DNA of 64,000 nucleotides from Rhizaria sp. SCN 62-66 (GCA_001724265.1 MEDY01000137.1:1-64000), one strand, 5' to 3'; positions 51,601 to 62,240 are shown, counted from the stretch's first letter. Notes: generated by a model from the sequence alone, not told the origin. Numbers and translations: made by a program.

Positions 51601-53054
51601 GGACTGTTGTTGATGAGTCGGGTGTGTTTGTGCATCTAAGTACCCCCGGCTCGAGCCTTCTAAGTACCCGTCTAAGGGCCATGATCGTCGCACGTGTCGC
51701 CGAGAAGTCTCTCGTCACGCAGTACCAGGACGCGGCTCTTACAGCGGCTCTAAGTACCCTCTCCAGTCTAAGTAGCAGCTCCCCCACCAATGCAACCCTC
51801 GACCCTGCGACAGCAGCTGCCGTTGCCAACGCCAAGGCTTACGTGGCGCAGCTACTGCTGCCTGCACTTCCTTTGGCAGCCATCGCAACGCGTGCTATTA
51901 ATACTCAGCAGGGCGGCGGCAGTCACGCGTCACCCCAGGTGTCATCCCAGGTGTTACCCCATGTGTATCGGCGCCGCGGCTGGCCCGTGCTCCCGCTCGG
52001 CTGCTGTGTCAGCATCGGCTCCGTGCCCGCCCTGGCTTCTCTGTCGCCGCTCTCCTGGATCGAAGCCCATCCGGCCGTCGCCGCGCATATCTCCGCCGCG
52101 CTCGCCGCAGCTGCGACGCTGCCGGCCGCCCCGTTCTTCACTGACTCAACTCGCGCAGCAGCAGCGGACTCTGGTGCGTTTGTGTCGCAGTCCCAGTCGC
52201 TGTCACTGGCGATGTCGTTATCTCAGTGCGGCGGCGGCGGGTTGGCTGCGGCCGCGCTACTGCAGGCGCTGCGCATGCGGATGCGGCGAATGACGATGCG
52301 GGAGGCTGCTGCCGCCGGCATCACATCACTCGCCTCCGCGACGACTGCGACCGCTGTGGCCGCAACGGCGGCGGCGAATGCTGCTGGTGGCGTCGCGCCT
52401 GGCGATGCGAACTCTACGTTGTTTCCGAGCAGTATCGCGAGCGTCGGCTACGCGGCAGCGACGACGGCGACCGTCGACGGTCCCTGGCGCTATTACACTG
52501 TGTACAACGTGACCGTGGGGACCCGGGCAGCCGCTTTGGTTCACTCGGCTTGGGCGCATAAGCTGCTGAGCGACACTGTGCGCGCGGTAGTCAACGTACT
52601 GAACCGCGCTAAGGGGGTACTTACGGTGTCCGCGGGGCTAACGACTGTGTTCGCATCACAGCAGCAGCAACAAACTAGGAACAGCACGCCGGTGCTGAAG
52701 GATGCCCTATCAGTGCCCGACGGCAATATCTGGATTACAATCGTGCCGCAATCTCCGCTCGGCGCACCCCAGAGCTACAATAACAACAACAATAACAACA
52801 ACAATGACAGCAATAATATCAATAGCTTCAGCAGTGGCACTAAGCGGAAGAAGCCCGAGACCGGCGCCGAGCTGTTGGCCGCGCTCGGCGGCAGCGTCCG
52901 CGCGGTCCTGGGCACAGCCTGTGTCGTCGGTCCGCAGTCCCCTCTGGCCGAGCTGGCGCGTCGTTCGCTTTTATTGCGCTTGGCAGGGGCGGACTATGAC
53001 AGTGCAATCCGGGCTGCGAGGGCGATTGTCGCCGAGATGATGACCGCGGTATGA
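48681..53054 (+). CDS. dsRNA-binding domain fused to a degenerate class I/II PLP-aminotransferase-like fold; start uncertain, frame open from about 48568
   Basis: dsRBD-like NRNALQERLQ...WTITLTYHGRELSATGYAKDNKKNAKQAAAYIM. Later VLVQEP, ITPIPIPL, HRPRAVLL, GCWVVVDE, VSIGS, GNIWI and LLLRLA occur in aminotransferase order. Ends in TGA. Confidence 0.6.
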   Translation: MQGLPRTFEAGCAPIMRLDSDQLHVSYISDELYGHVMLGLAGLTPGDAVNLKLIAPSNAASASGATGSFATAAPGTAVAGAAAPVLAGGSPFGSFLGLTSGSSTLSASGISAGTASSSSSSLVSQQWPPVPSYSDTVTDGTLDYHYQRILQNSALPEADALAQLDNFATVPLDVLQASQNRNALQERLQAMGALAMFNLKESESGHFPPGFKFDWTITLTYHGRELSATGYAKDNKKNAKQAAAYIMRRKIAYIDDVRFNHDSSRELYTCTKAPSVMVSKAAAVSAAVAAGAPSLTAIMGGPSAFPLGAGLSTPLHFNLGGSAGLIPNPFPLTVTGMTGITGITGQTGAGGDGVAVFPSSTAAGAGAGIGAGFSAGLGATAAMTDLNATPPSAVNSSGSGSSSSSGSLPLSSSGSGVPVRVATRVGEKVRAAVAAAAADATGPWLGSAAAHGHLAALDAVANDESRGGRQDPISNPNNTVTRVSGLNSASVMSDIDNNESTSTDSTDTSSMHLGSGDGECSAVGTRGTHCTRGAAVSDEFQQNGYWHTFNTVPVPVPVPSWVSFAACPLQLHQHMTATNSSSSSSDHRSSARAVDGSTLAADAAAVAAIARSSLNSAAVSNSYSPGTSHGAASGSGPHSSNAGASSASASPSSSGSSSGGASYGGHLALREALAEVLTEAYQPYNSTASASSGRAMMSGADAAVAAASIVSAADLVAVQGGYLPALRAVLHALVTMDNTTTRKCTRGKKSKGHSSSPSQEATDNCKTESNSANNSSSTSSSSSMCSGGTGDTAEEREEPVTVLVQEPCKPETLQLLASLRITPIPIPLLLPSLNSNNNISSSSSASATFGNNDIALLTATLGSATLPPPDFAQLPELLALHRPRAVLLSSGGGPHGHGGAALAPEKLWSVLSAAVSAGCWVVVDESGDLQTAAGATEMGVSLNPQPIASDNASSSASASARVSASACVDANDVGTVVDESGVFVHLSTPGSSLLSTRLRAMIVARVAEKSLVTQYQDAALTAALSTLSSLSSSSPTNATLDPATAAAVANAKAYVAQLLLPALPLAAIATRAINTQQGGGSHASPQVSSQVLPHVYRRRGWPVLPLGCCVSIGSVPALASLSPLSWIEAHPAVAAHISAALAAAATLPAAPFFTDSTRAAAADSGAFVSQSQSLSLAMSLSQCGGGGLAAAALLQALRMRMRRMTMREAAAAGITSLASATTATAVAATAAANAAGGVAPGDANSTLFPSSIASVGYAAATTATVDGPWRYYTVYNVTVGTRAAALVHSAWAHKLLSDTVRAVVNVLNRAKGVLTVSAGLTTVFASQQQQQTRNSTPVLKDALSVPDGNIWITIVPQSPLGAPQSYNNNNNNNNNDSNNINSFSSGTKRKKPETGAELLAALGGSVRAVLGTACVVGPQSPLAELARRSLLLRLAGADYDSAIRAARAIVAEMMTAV

Positions 53055-53140
53055 CCGCAGAGTGCTATATCCAGATCATAGACGCACTACATATTTGACT
53101 GTGTATTTGGGTGAGGGAATTACGGGTTTAGGGACAGTCA

Positions 53141-53177
53141 CGGCATTGTAAGTGAGTTTTTTTCACTTACAATGCCG
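53141..53177. repeat. Perfect 15-bp inverted repeat (hairpin) downstream of the dsRBD gene stop
   Basis: CGGCATTGTAAGTGA (53141-53155) pairs with TCACTTACAATGCCG (53163-53177); 7-nt loop. Confidence 0.9.
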
Positions 53178-53451
53178 CGAGTGTACCAGATTTCGCACTA
53201 TATATCGCATATAGCACTGTTTAAAATAAGTTGACCATATATCACGCAATACAATATTTTGTAAATCAAATTTTAGTTGTTGAATCGCATGTCTGCCCAC
53301 TCATATTGTGTGTTTCCTGTTTTCTTCTCAGTGACCGTGAGCTAAGGGCCCTTAGAGGTGCAGACTGCGAGGGCGAGAGATGAAGGGTGGAGTGCGCCAG
53401 AATGAATTTCAACAGACCTACCAAATAGGCTCACACTTTACACCAATTCCA

Positions 53452-54432
53452 ATGTCCTCCATTGCGAAGAAGACCAAGGTACTTTCAAATCTATTTTGAA
53501 ATCCCGCTCCCTGGATTGTAAATGTGCGCAAAATCGTGGAAAAGACTCACGGCTTGGTATGGTGTGCAACTGCGCGTTGGGTATCACGACGGAAACCCAA
53601 TCCTTTGCCGCTCTGCACGCTATCTTTGGCGCTGACCAACTTCATCACTCGTCTTGTGACCCTCTCTCATGTACCCTCAAAAGCTTTTCTTATGGACTAG
53701 CTTTGAGGAAGTGCGCGAAATGCCGGTCCAAAGTGCAGGTTGATGACGTTGGCGTTGCCTGAGCGTGTGGAACGTCATAAGGATTGGTGAGCGAGCTTAT
53801 TGCTCTCTCTTACGTCATGATACCGCCCGCGCTGTCGCTCGCCGGACCCTTTCTCGTCTCAGTCGAATTGTTGTCATTCTCTTTGCGATTGTTTTGCCGC
53901 GGCAAGACACTCACCTCAGAGTCGGCTCCGTTCTACACGTGGATGAGAAATTCCGCAGCTTCTAACTTGTTTTCCCTCCATTCTCTTCCCGACTTTTCTC
54001 TCTCTCTCTTCCTCGCCTTTCTCTCTGTGGTATCGTGCTTTGCTTGTGTCTCAATTTCAGCTTGCTAAGCTCGCTGCTCAGAAGGAGCAGGCCGTGTCGT
54101 ACACGATCAAGTGCGGCGATGTCGTCTCTGCCGAGATTTTCGATGTCCCTGCCTTCGAGACCTACCTGACCTCCCACCTTAAGGCCAAGAAGGGTGGCCG
54201 CGCCGGCGACCTCGGCAAGTTGGTTGCCGTCTCGGCCACCGAGGAGGACGTCACCGTCTCGGCCGTCAGCGCCATGTCCAAGCGCTACGTCAAGTACCTC
54301 ACCAAGAAGTTCCTCAAGAAGAACCTCCTCCGTGATCACTGCCGCGTTGTCGCGACGGGCAAGGCCTCGTACGCCATTAAGCCCTATAAGTCCGCTGCGT
54401 CCACCGAGGCCGCCACTGAGGAGTCCGCGTGA
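53452..54432 (+). CDS. RPL22: 60S ribosomal protein L22 (eL22); exons 53452-53478 and 54061-54432
   Basis: MSSIAKKTK|LAKLAAQK..YTIKC..IFDVPAFETYL..MSKRYVKYLTKKFLKKNLLRDHCRVVA. Ends in TGA. Confidence 0.93.
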
Positions 54433-54621
54433 ATTGAATCAAATCGCGCAGGCTCAATGGCTTGACTTAAGTAAAGAACAAGTTTTTAGAACAGGCGTTC
54501 GCCGCAACATGCGTTCTTGAGGGCCACATAAGCTCTCTGAATACACAAACTCATCTTTAAAACCACAAAACAATCCCGTTTCAATGGTAGTATCGTATGT
54601 ATTGCTTTGTCCCTATTATGA

Positions 54622-55605
54622 TTACCCCTTGGTGTGACATACAACGCTGCCATTACTCTTAACCACCAGAAACACGACCTGAACGCTACCCTGCTGCATA
54701 CCGTCATCCAGACTCTGTCCCTGCTGCTGCTGCTGCGCCGCCGCCGTCACGCCGGCACTATTGCGCCTGTAGATGGTGAGTTGGCCGGCGATTTCCCCCG
54801 AGTAGCCGCTGTCCAGCTGGCGCAGCTCGAGCGCGACGTCGGATGTGTGGGCGACCCTGGCGGCCAGCGCGCCGGCCGCGACGGGGGGCAGCTCGCTGGT
54901 GAGGCAGCCGACGGGGTCCGTCACGGCCGCGGTGGCCGCTGCGAGCGACCAGGCCGCCGCGGGCACCGACGCGGCGGCCGCTGCGGCGACTGGACCTGCG
55001 GCCGGGGCGGCCGGTGACTGCGCGACGACCAGAGAGCAGCCTCCGGTGGCGGCGGCGGCGGCGGTCGCGGCGCAGGCCCAGTCGAGCGCGAGGTTATCAT
55101 CACTATTGCAGAGAAGAGCGCTGACGTCGGCCAGCGAGTCGATGATAACGCACACACGCTGGGGTGAGACGGTGGCACTAGTTACTGCTGCCGAGGGGTG
55201 GCTGTCAGTCTACTTGATCATGCTCTTCGCTGCTGACGTGATGTGTTTAAGCAGGAACGCAAGCGCGCGCGCGCCGGCGGAGGAGTCGGGCCCCGCTGCG
55301 TCGGCAACCGCAGCCGCAGCAGCGACGTCGACGACCGTGAGCTGCTGCGACGTGACCGCAGTATCGAGCGACGCCGCCCCCATCTTCCGCAGGATATGCG
55401 TGTAATGGTAGATCGGGTGTGATGCGCAATAAAACACGACGCGCGCGGACTGCGCAAGGCAGTGCGCAAGGAACGTGGCCGTGACGGCGTCGCCGGGGGT
55501 TGCCGTGGCGTCGTGGAGCGAGTAGACGGCGCCCGAGGCCCAGGCGGGTGCGGCTGCCGACCAGCCAAGCACGTCCGCAAGCGGATACTGCTGTGCAGAG
55601 GACAT
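54622..55605 (-). CDS. ELP6: Elongator complex subunit 6-like, single exon with one in-frame TAG at 55210-55212
   Basis: N-half HPIYHYTHILRKMG and C-half VCVIIDSL...SDVALELRQLDSGYSGEIAGQLTI are in the same frame and both resemble ELP6. Ends in TAA. Confidence 0.78.
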
Positions 55606-56006
55606 GGATCAACTGCTTTAGAGCAATAAGCTGTGGTAAGCGTACTTTAAAGACTATTCTCTCGATGAGCGTTCGATTTGTTCCACCTAGAGCTTGTTTT
55701 TGGGCTGTCAAAAAGCAAAGGTGATTGGTGGAGCGTTCGTGGTGAAACGAATCAAGGGGGAAGGTCAGCAATCTTTGTAGGAGTATTAGTGGTCGTTAGA
55801 GGCAGTCAAGTGTATATTTAATTTACAGGGAAAGAACAAAGCAATATTGTCAGTATTTCCTGTTTAGCTGATATTCCGTTGACGGTCTCTGTTGCGTCAT
55901 CTATACTATGTCAACACAAGCTTCAATGGAATCCGATCCGACTTTGTCTCAACCTCTTGCTCTTCTTTCTTGCCCATTGTCTTCCTACCTTTGCAATGAT
56001 AGACCA

Positions 56007-56851
56007 ATGTCTGTGAAGCACTGTTCTAGCTCGAGTGATCTTAGCAGCATCTGCTCCAATGCCGGCGGCAAGGTCGTTGTCGTCGATTTCCACGCCACTT
56101 GGTGCGGCCCCGTACGTCCATGCATCACTCGCTCCTTCTTCCCTTCCATCTAACCACGCAGTTTATCATCATCGTATTGAGTGTAGCTAAGGTGAAACTT
56201 CACATGTACGGTTTTATTTGTATTACCTAACTAATGTCACTTATTTTGTTCTACTTCACTCTGTTTCTGTTGTGCTATACCCAGTGCAAGGCGATCGCCC
56301 CGACCTTCGACTCCCTGGCTAGTGAGTACTCTTCCACCTGCGTCTTCGTCAAAGTCGACGTCGACGTGGCCAAGGACGTCGCCCAGGCTTACAGGGTCAC
56401 TTCTATGCCCACCTTCGTATTTCTCCACAAGGCCCGTGAGGTCGAGCGCTTTTCCGGCGGCGACCCCAGCGGCTTAACTTCAACCGTCGCCCGCCTGTCC
56501 CGCGAGCTCGGTCGCGGCTCTGCTTTCACGGGCGCGGGCGCCGGAGTAGCCGGCGGCGCTACTGCCGGCGCGGGCGATGCGCCCGTCAACCCTTGGGCGC
56601 GCAAGGACTTTAAGCCGCCCGGGATGGCGCAACTGCAAGCGAACTCGACTGGCAACCCCGCTCCCACCGCCGCCGCTCCCGCCGCCGCTGCTGCTGCTGC
56701 TCCTAAGAGTGGTGGCAGTGCGGAATTTGATGTGGTGTGCGACGGGGACGTGTGCCGCCGTGTTCCCCGCAACAACAACAACGCTGCGGTAAGTAATAAC
56801 AATCAGGATGACCAGAGCCAAGGATGGGGCAGCTGGTGCACTGTGATGTAA
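56007..56851 (+). CDS. Thioredoxin with C-terminal extension; exons 56007-56111 and 56285-56851
   Basis: VVVDFHATWCGP|CKAIAP (the intron splits WCGPC), FVKVDVD, SMPTF. Ends in CTVM then TAA. Confidence 0.92.
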
Positions 56852-57179
56852 ATCTGTTCGTATATGCGCATTCATTACGACGCTATACTACGTATCATGC
56901 AGCTATTGTCAGATATTTCTATATATACTCAAAGAAAACGTCCAAAAGAAACAAACAACTCATATTAAGTGAAATTTTAAACGAGACATGTCAGTCTGTG
57001 CATGTGCCCAAGTGTGTGGGGGGTGTTGTGTTTGTGTGAGTGCGTGTGCGTGCGATTGTGTGAGCGCGATTGCTACCGTGACTGTGAACTGTGATTTTGT
57101 TTGTTTGTTCTGAGTGACGATTGTTGTGACTGCAAAGAGACTCACAAACACGCACACGTCCACGGCACTTACCGCTTGC

Positions 57180-58132
57180 ATGCACACTTCGCAAAACAAG
57201 AAAGTAACGGCTCGCAACAAAACACAATATTCACAAGCACATATCTCACAAGCAATTGCAAACACACAGGCATACACATAAACACACAAATACCTCACTT
57301 CACCAAGCATAGCAAGCAGATGGTCATGATACTCAGTCTCACTGAAATCCGCAACTCACCGTTCTTGCGGAACGTGTGTAATTCTCTGTTTCTTCTTCTC
57401 TACGCACACAGCCCGCTGCAACCGCATCCCACCCTGCCCTCCGCGCCACCACCCTTCAAGGCCCGCCTCCTCCCTACTCGCCTGCGAACGCAGCCACCGC
57501 CGCCACCGCCACTGCCGCTGCTGCCCGGTCTCACTCCCCCTCGGCCGCCACCACCACCCACGCCCCCACCGCGCACGCTGCTGCTCCTGCCTCGCCCGCT
57601 GCGACCAGCGGTGCGGTGCCTGCGAGCCCCTCTGCGGGCGCCACGATGCTGCTTCGCGCCCTCGAGCTGCGTCGTTCGCAATACCAGTCTGCCGTCACGC
57701 CCGAGCAAGAGCGCGCGAGCATCATCCACCACCGCGCGCGCGCCGAGGCCGAGCTCGAGGCAGAGGCCGCCGTGCGCGCCAAGGCCGCCGCCGTGGCCGC
57801 CAAAGAGGACGCTGCGCGCGCGAAGCAGCGGCGCGAGGACGAGCAGCATGCCGCGGTTCTCAAAAAGCGGGTCGAGGCCGATAAGCTGCGCAGGATCGAG
57901 GAAGCGCGGTACGTCATATGAAATGATACATATATTTGTAATTCTGTCATGTACGTTAGCGTTTTATCTTATTATTTGTGTTGATGTTTGGCTTCAAACT
58001 CACTTGTATCTTGATTTAATGTCGATGCAATCGTTGTTTTTCGCTGCATACAGCGAGCGCGAGCGTGCTCTGGCGGCCATTAAGGCGGCCAAGGCCGCGG
58101 GTGGCGGCACGACGCCGCCGCTCCAGAAGTGA
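57180..58132 (+). CDS. Small Ala/Pro-rich and charged coiled-coil protein; first exon uncertain
   Basis: GC-rich exon at about 57412-57908 (ELEAEAAVRAK..KKRVEADKLRRIEEAR), then an intron and a last exon ending in TGA at 58132. Candidate exon 1 is ATG 57180 (MHTSQNKK) followed by gtaacg. Confidence 0.5.
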
Positions 58133-59053
58133 TTGTTCTGTTCATCACATGGTACCTGTGACGTATACGTCCATTGATCTTCACGTTCTAGACCTCTCTT
58201 GATCGACGCCATTTGCTTGCGACGCAAAGTGACTGGCTGTAAGCATGGCTTACTATCATACCCGTTGTTTTTAGCATTCGATCAGGCCAGCTGTAATTGA
58301 GTAGACTACCGGTTATCATGCAGCTTGTGTCGTGTTCATTGCAAACGAATACATATCAGAGGTGTTAAACTAATGGTCATAATTCACGTGTGTTTTCGTC
58401 TGTATAAACACGTCAATGGTGTGGTGCACTAAAAAACATTTTAAAAAAATTATGAGAATCTACTCTATTGCTTGTTTTGTTAATTGAATTGGCGAACGTG
58501 CCAAACGGTAGCAGGCACCTCAGAGGCTGGAGCACGATTCAAAAACAAATTCATGAAAGACATAGCATCGCGTGCAACTGCGCTGGCACGGACAGAAGAG
58601 AGCACTAAATGGCAAACAACAACGACGATGCTGAGGTGAAAAATACGCGATGAAAATAGACAAAACAACACAAGAAAGGAAAGCGAGAGAAGGAAAGCAA
58701 AGCAGGAAGGAAAGTAACGCAGCATAATTAGATAGATACACTGGGGGTAACAGAGCTAGGGTAAGAATGAAGGACACTTGTGACTGGCCGTGCAAAGCAG
58801 TGCTTACGGTTACTCGACAGAAGAGAAACACTGCAAGGATTCTCGAAATGTTTCGAAATCGTTCGTCACACATGTAGATCACAACGCAATAACAATAAAC
58901 AATAATAACTCTATAGCAATGGTACAAGCATTCGCATGAGCGATGACAAGTACTGTGATAAATCAAGAAGCAAGTGATAAAGTGCTCCAAACTCATCGAA
59001 TGTGAATCTCAAGCCCTCAACCGGCTCAGTCATCATCTCCGTCCAACCATCGC

Positions 59054-60157
59054 TTACACCTTATTGGTCTCGCTCTTGCCGCTATTGTTGTTATTGTTAG
59101 TATTAGTGTTGTTGTCGTTCACAACACTGTCGTGGCTGCTGCGGCCGGCGCCGTTGGCCCCACCGCGGAGGAACGACCTCCGCGCGCCGCCCTGAAACAC
59201 CTCGGTGGCCTTTTGGACCTCATTGACGCTGCTGCTGGGCGTAACGCGGTCGCCAACCCACTCGCCGCTGCCGAGCTGATGGTCATGGTCGTCGTGGCCG
59301 CCACCGCCGCCGCCACCGCCGCCGCCACCGCCGCCGCGACGGCCACCGCGACCACCACCGCGACCGCCACCGCGACCGCCATCGCGACCGCTGCCGCTGC
59401 CGCTGCCGCTGCCGGCACTGTTCCCGATGTTGCCGCTTTTGCCACTGTTGCGGGCGCCAGAGCCAGAGCCAGAGCCAGAGCTAGGGGCAGCGGGGGTAGA
59501 GAGAGTTGTAGTCCGCTTCTGGGACCTGGTGTCGAGGACGACTTGCCAATCAGAGCCGTCGCCCTCAAACTTACCCTTGCCGCTGCCGCTGCCGCTGCCG
59601 CTGCCGCTGCCGCTGCTGCTACTGGTGATGTTGCTGTCGTTGCCGCTGCCTCGGCCACGGCCGGCCTTGCTGCCGCCGTCCCGGCTCCCGTGACTATCCT
59701 TGCCGTCCCTGTCCTTGGAGTCCTTGCCGCCCTTGTTGAGGTCCTTACTGTGGTCCTTGTCCCTGCTCTCCTTGCCATCCCTGCCACTGCCGCTGTGACT
59801 GGAGTCCTTCGCGTGCGCGCTGATATTCACGCTGGTGTGGCTTGACGTCACATAGCGCGGCTTCCCGTCGTCCTTACTGTCACGGCGGTCACGGCCGTCC
59901 TTGTTGGCCGCACCACCCTTCTGTGACTGTTGAGACTGCGACTGGAAATGGGATCCGCCGTGGCCGCGAGCGCCGCCGTCTTTGTGAGAGCCATCATTCG
60001 CATCCTTACCAGTAATCGCGTTGTGACCACTAATGCTGTTGGTCTTATTCTGCTCACGCTCGCGCTCAGGGTTGCGCTCAACAGACGGCTTGAAGCTGTT
60101 CTTGCTGCTGCTCGCGGCGGGGCCGTCGCGCCAAGAGCCGCCGCCGCCGTTGCCGCT

Positions 60158-60198
<41 letters not shown>

Positions 60199-60232
60199 TG
60201 GGCTTGTGGCCGTGCCCGCTCCCAAACGCAAA

Positions 60233-60264
<32 letters not shown>

Positions 60265-60269
60265 CGGAG

Positions 60270-60300
<31 letters not shown>

Positions 60301-60574
60301 CAGAGACAGAGACAGAGCCAGAGACAGAGACAGAGCCAGAGCCACCGGAGTGGGAGTGGGACTTGTTCGCGGCTGCGGAGGCGGCGGTGGCCTTGGCAGC
60401 GCGCGCGGCCTCACCTGCGGCCTTCTTGGCGGCCTTCTCGGCGGCCTCGCGCTCCGCCAGCACTTCCTCGCGGCTGCGGATGTCGCCGAACGGGTTAGAC
60501 CTAGGCGGCCCGGGGATCACGATCCCCGCGTCGGCCGCGGCCGCAGCGGCTGCGGTGCTGGAAGACGAAGCGAA

Positions 60575-60616
<42 letters not shown>

Positions 60617-61270
60617 GCTGTTGAAGCCTGAAGAGCGGGCGGGACCGTATGACGCACCTGAGCCCGAGCCTGAGCCTGAGCCGTAGCCGGCGCCGGAGCC
60701 GCCGCCACTGCGGTAGCTGGAAGAGGAGGAGCTGTGTGCGTGGGACCCGAAGCCGAGGCGCGCGACTGGTACGGGGGCGGCGGCGGCCGCCACGGCGGCG
60801 GCTTGCATGGCGGGCATGGCAATGACGTCCTGCGCGGCCTTGGAGTCGTAGACGTTCACCGTGATTTCCTTGCCCTGAATAGCAGAGCAGAGAGCGAGAA
60901 ATGGATATGCAGACAAAGATAGAATCATGTGAGAATAAAACTTGGGCATAAGTTTAAAAAAAAAATTACATATATATGACTTCAATCAATGTATAGAAAC
61001 GGAGTGTGATATATGTACCTGAAAGAGGACCTTGCTCATGCGGAGCAGCCCCTGTAGCGCCTCAGCGCTCGAGACCTCGATGATGGCCTGCGACCGGCTG
61101 GGACGGGCGTTGACCTTGATGGAGACGTAGGGCGTGCGGCCAAGCCAGGCGCGGACGCTGTTCTCGGTGACGCTGCTGGGCAGGCCCGCGACGATGGCTT
61201 CGTAGGGTGGACCGCTCGGGATCTTATTGTAGCCACCGCCGCCGCCGCTGCTGCTGCTGTAGCCACCTTT

Positions 61271-61306
<36 letters not shown>

Positions 61307-61733
61307 CTTGTTATAGCCGCCGCCGCCGCCGCCGCCGCCGCGGGCGTTGTCCTTGCCGCCGTAGGGCCGGCCGCCGTGTCCGTGGCCGCCGCCGCCGCCT
61401 TTTTGGCTACTGTTGCTGTTGCTGTCAGCCGCGGGCAAGTGCGCCTGAGGCAGGTTGAGCTGGCGCTGGGGCACGTGCGGAGTGTTGTTGTCGTCCTCGG
61501 GGATGAAGTCCGCCCAGCTGCCGCCCTGGATGAGCTCGGCAAGAGCTGTGCGCAAGACCGGCGCGGGCGGGGACGAGGAGGAGAGGCGTGGTTCGGTTTG
61601 TTGGTGAGAAAGGGCGAGTGGTGGGGAGGAAATGACGGGGAGTGAAAGGATGAGATATCAGCACGGATATGCAGTGGACAAAGACAAAGATAGTATATAT
61701 GATGTGCTTAGAACTATGCGTACCTTGATCCAT
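59054..61733 (-). CDS. eIF4B/eIF4H-like RRM protein, 3 exons
   Basis: MDQ|ALAELIQGGSWAD; RRM PSGPPYEAIVAGLP..AIIEV..GKEITVNV; SNPFGDIRSREEVLAER; Gly/Ser/RGG-rich tail. Ends in TAA. Confidence 0.72.
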
Positions 61734-62240
61734 TACGTGGAACTATCGTTTAGGAGAACAAGAGGGAGTCGGGACAAAAGAAGTGAAGAGCAAAGGGAAG
61801 ACGTGAGCGTCGGTGGATTTGGAATGAAACAGGTCTTGGTAGAGTGGCCATGTCCGTGTACTGACCAGAAAACAAAAGCTTAGGTGACAAACAAGGGCGT
61901 TCTCTGTGGAAATTTAACGGGTCGCGAGGATGTCACGTTGATCGCACTCTACGGGTCTTCGCCAAGGAATTGCTGTGGAATCTCTGTCAGCCACTGTGTG
62001 GCCGTTGGGTGGGGGAGATAGGGTTCCGAAAAATGTCTGCCTGTCACCAAATAGTAAAATGATACGACAGCTACGCGTGACTAGTGATGACATTAAAATT
62101 ATGCATGTATTCACCATTGAATGTTTTTGTAGCTGCCTTTAAGTCGGCACCTCTCACAGCGCCCACATAGCGTCAATAAATACGAATATAAGCAACTACC
62201 ACTACCACGAACTACCTTTGTTCTCCTCTTGTGGTTCCAC

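Larger units (their letters stand above)
23480..52623. repeat. Dispersed 14-bp motif TAAGGGGGTACTTA inside exons
   Basis: Exact copies at 23480-23493 (-), 25397-25410 (+), 30059-30072 (+), 49612-49625 (-) and 52610-52623 (+). Near copies at 27224-27237 and 29660-29673. Confidence 0.9.

Noticed and set aside
53700-53790. U3 snoRNA-like boxes (GAGGAAG, TGATGA, GAGCGTG)
   Set aside because: The box order does not match U3 and there is no terminal D box; kept only as an unassigned structured intron.
26150-60345. Microsatellite-like runs (TTG, GCA, GCC, GAGCCA)
   Set aside because: They encode poly-N/A/G/Q and GS tracts within exons, a genome-wide compositional trait rather than separate elements.
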